Shown here: positions 29,396-29,588 of the stretch, in pieces
Numbering within the stretch: position 1 is the stretch's first letter
How the letters are laid out: each line of letters opens with the position of its first letter
Assembly: GCA_964624365.1 (NCBI GenBank)
Contig: CAZUYZ010000049.1
Location: forward strand, 1-29,588
Source: an uncultured Puniceicoccaceae bacterium
GTDB taxonomy: Bacteria > Verrucomicrobiota > Verrucomicrobiia > Opitutales > Coraliomargaritaceae
DNA: 29,588 nt
Direction of reading: 5' to 3'
Notes under the pieces: generated by a model
The model's input: only the letters and a program-made list of their open reading frames with translations
What the model was told of the DNA's origin: nothing
Database searches by the model: none
Translations under genes and position numbers: made by a program

Positions 29396-29515
29396 GATTC
29401 GTGAGTAGAGGTCGATGAGGTTTTGTAAGATTTTGTTGTACAAGACATTGAGTCAGCTGCTCAATGTCTTGTGGAGCAAAAGATTATGAAAGATTGCGAT
29501 TTCAACTCACGAATC
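29396..29515. repeat. Nested ~120-bp palindrome (outer 11-bp arms GATTCGTGAGT/ACTCACGAATC; inner perfect 13-bp hairpin 29440-29472)
   Basis: Both inverted repeats share the same centre (about 29456). The inner stem is ACAAGACATTGAG-tcagctg-CTCAATGTCTTGT. The flanks between the arms are partly symmetric. Confidence 0.5.
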
Positions 29516-29588
29516 GATAATCAGGGTGTTGGCTGCTCGAAGCAATTGCGACTACATGGATGGTATCTGCGTCTATAATGTAAGCAAT

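Overview
This 29.6-kb window is a mostly core-chromosome region of a Gram-negative bacterium. Hand counts on sampled 60-nt stretches give about 48-55% G+C over most genes, and most gene starts lack a Shine-Dalgarno sequence. Genes are tightly packed on both strands. Recognisable products include a low-molecular-weight protein tyrosine phosphatase (partial), two tRNA-dihydrouridine synthase paralogs (DusB-like and DusC-like), type II 3-dehydroquinate dehydratase AroQ, a Nif3-family protein, long-form 2-isopropylmalate synthase LeuA, a standalone phosphopantothenoylcysteine decarboxylase CoaC-like flavoprotein, a UbiA-like membrane protein, an orphan GspF/PilC platform protein, a secreted thioredoxin-like protein, a YugP-like zinc metallopeptidase, RsmE, a DEAD-box RNA helicase, the glycogen branching enzyme GlgB, an EamA/DMT transporter, the NfeD(YqiJ)-flotillin(YqiK) pair, ProA, a PfkB kinase, a TPR protein, a 1007-aa SecA and Fpg/MutM. 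Two tRNAs are present, tRNA-Leu(TAG) on the minus strand and tRNA-Ala(GGC) on the plus strand. I found no CRISPR array, IS element or integrase. Items worth a second look: (1) a tandem duplication of the tRNA-Leu promoter plus tRNA 5' fragment with an inserted hairpin; (2) a small secreted Cys/Lys-rich protein, metallothionein-like; (3) a conserved ~30-nt motif (GAyTCGAAAAGATCATGrACmGGTTC) recurring in three intergenic spots around the pfkB-proA and TPR genes; (4) an AT-rich, translationally coupled operon of two polytopic membrane proteins with no recognisable family, which is the best candidate for something undescribed; (5) a ~120-bp nested palindrome at the 3' end of the window; (6) a Cys-repeat lipoprotein with a coiled-coil tail; (7) a SecA C-terminus lacking the usual zinc-binding Cys/His motif. 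Several ORF-track starts look over-extended (rsmE, helicase, zinc peptidase, dusC, fpg, second membrane protein) and were trimmed to starts matching conserved family N-termini.
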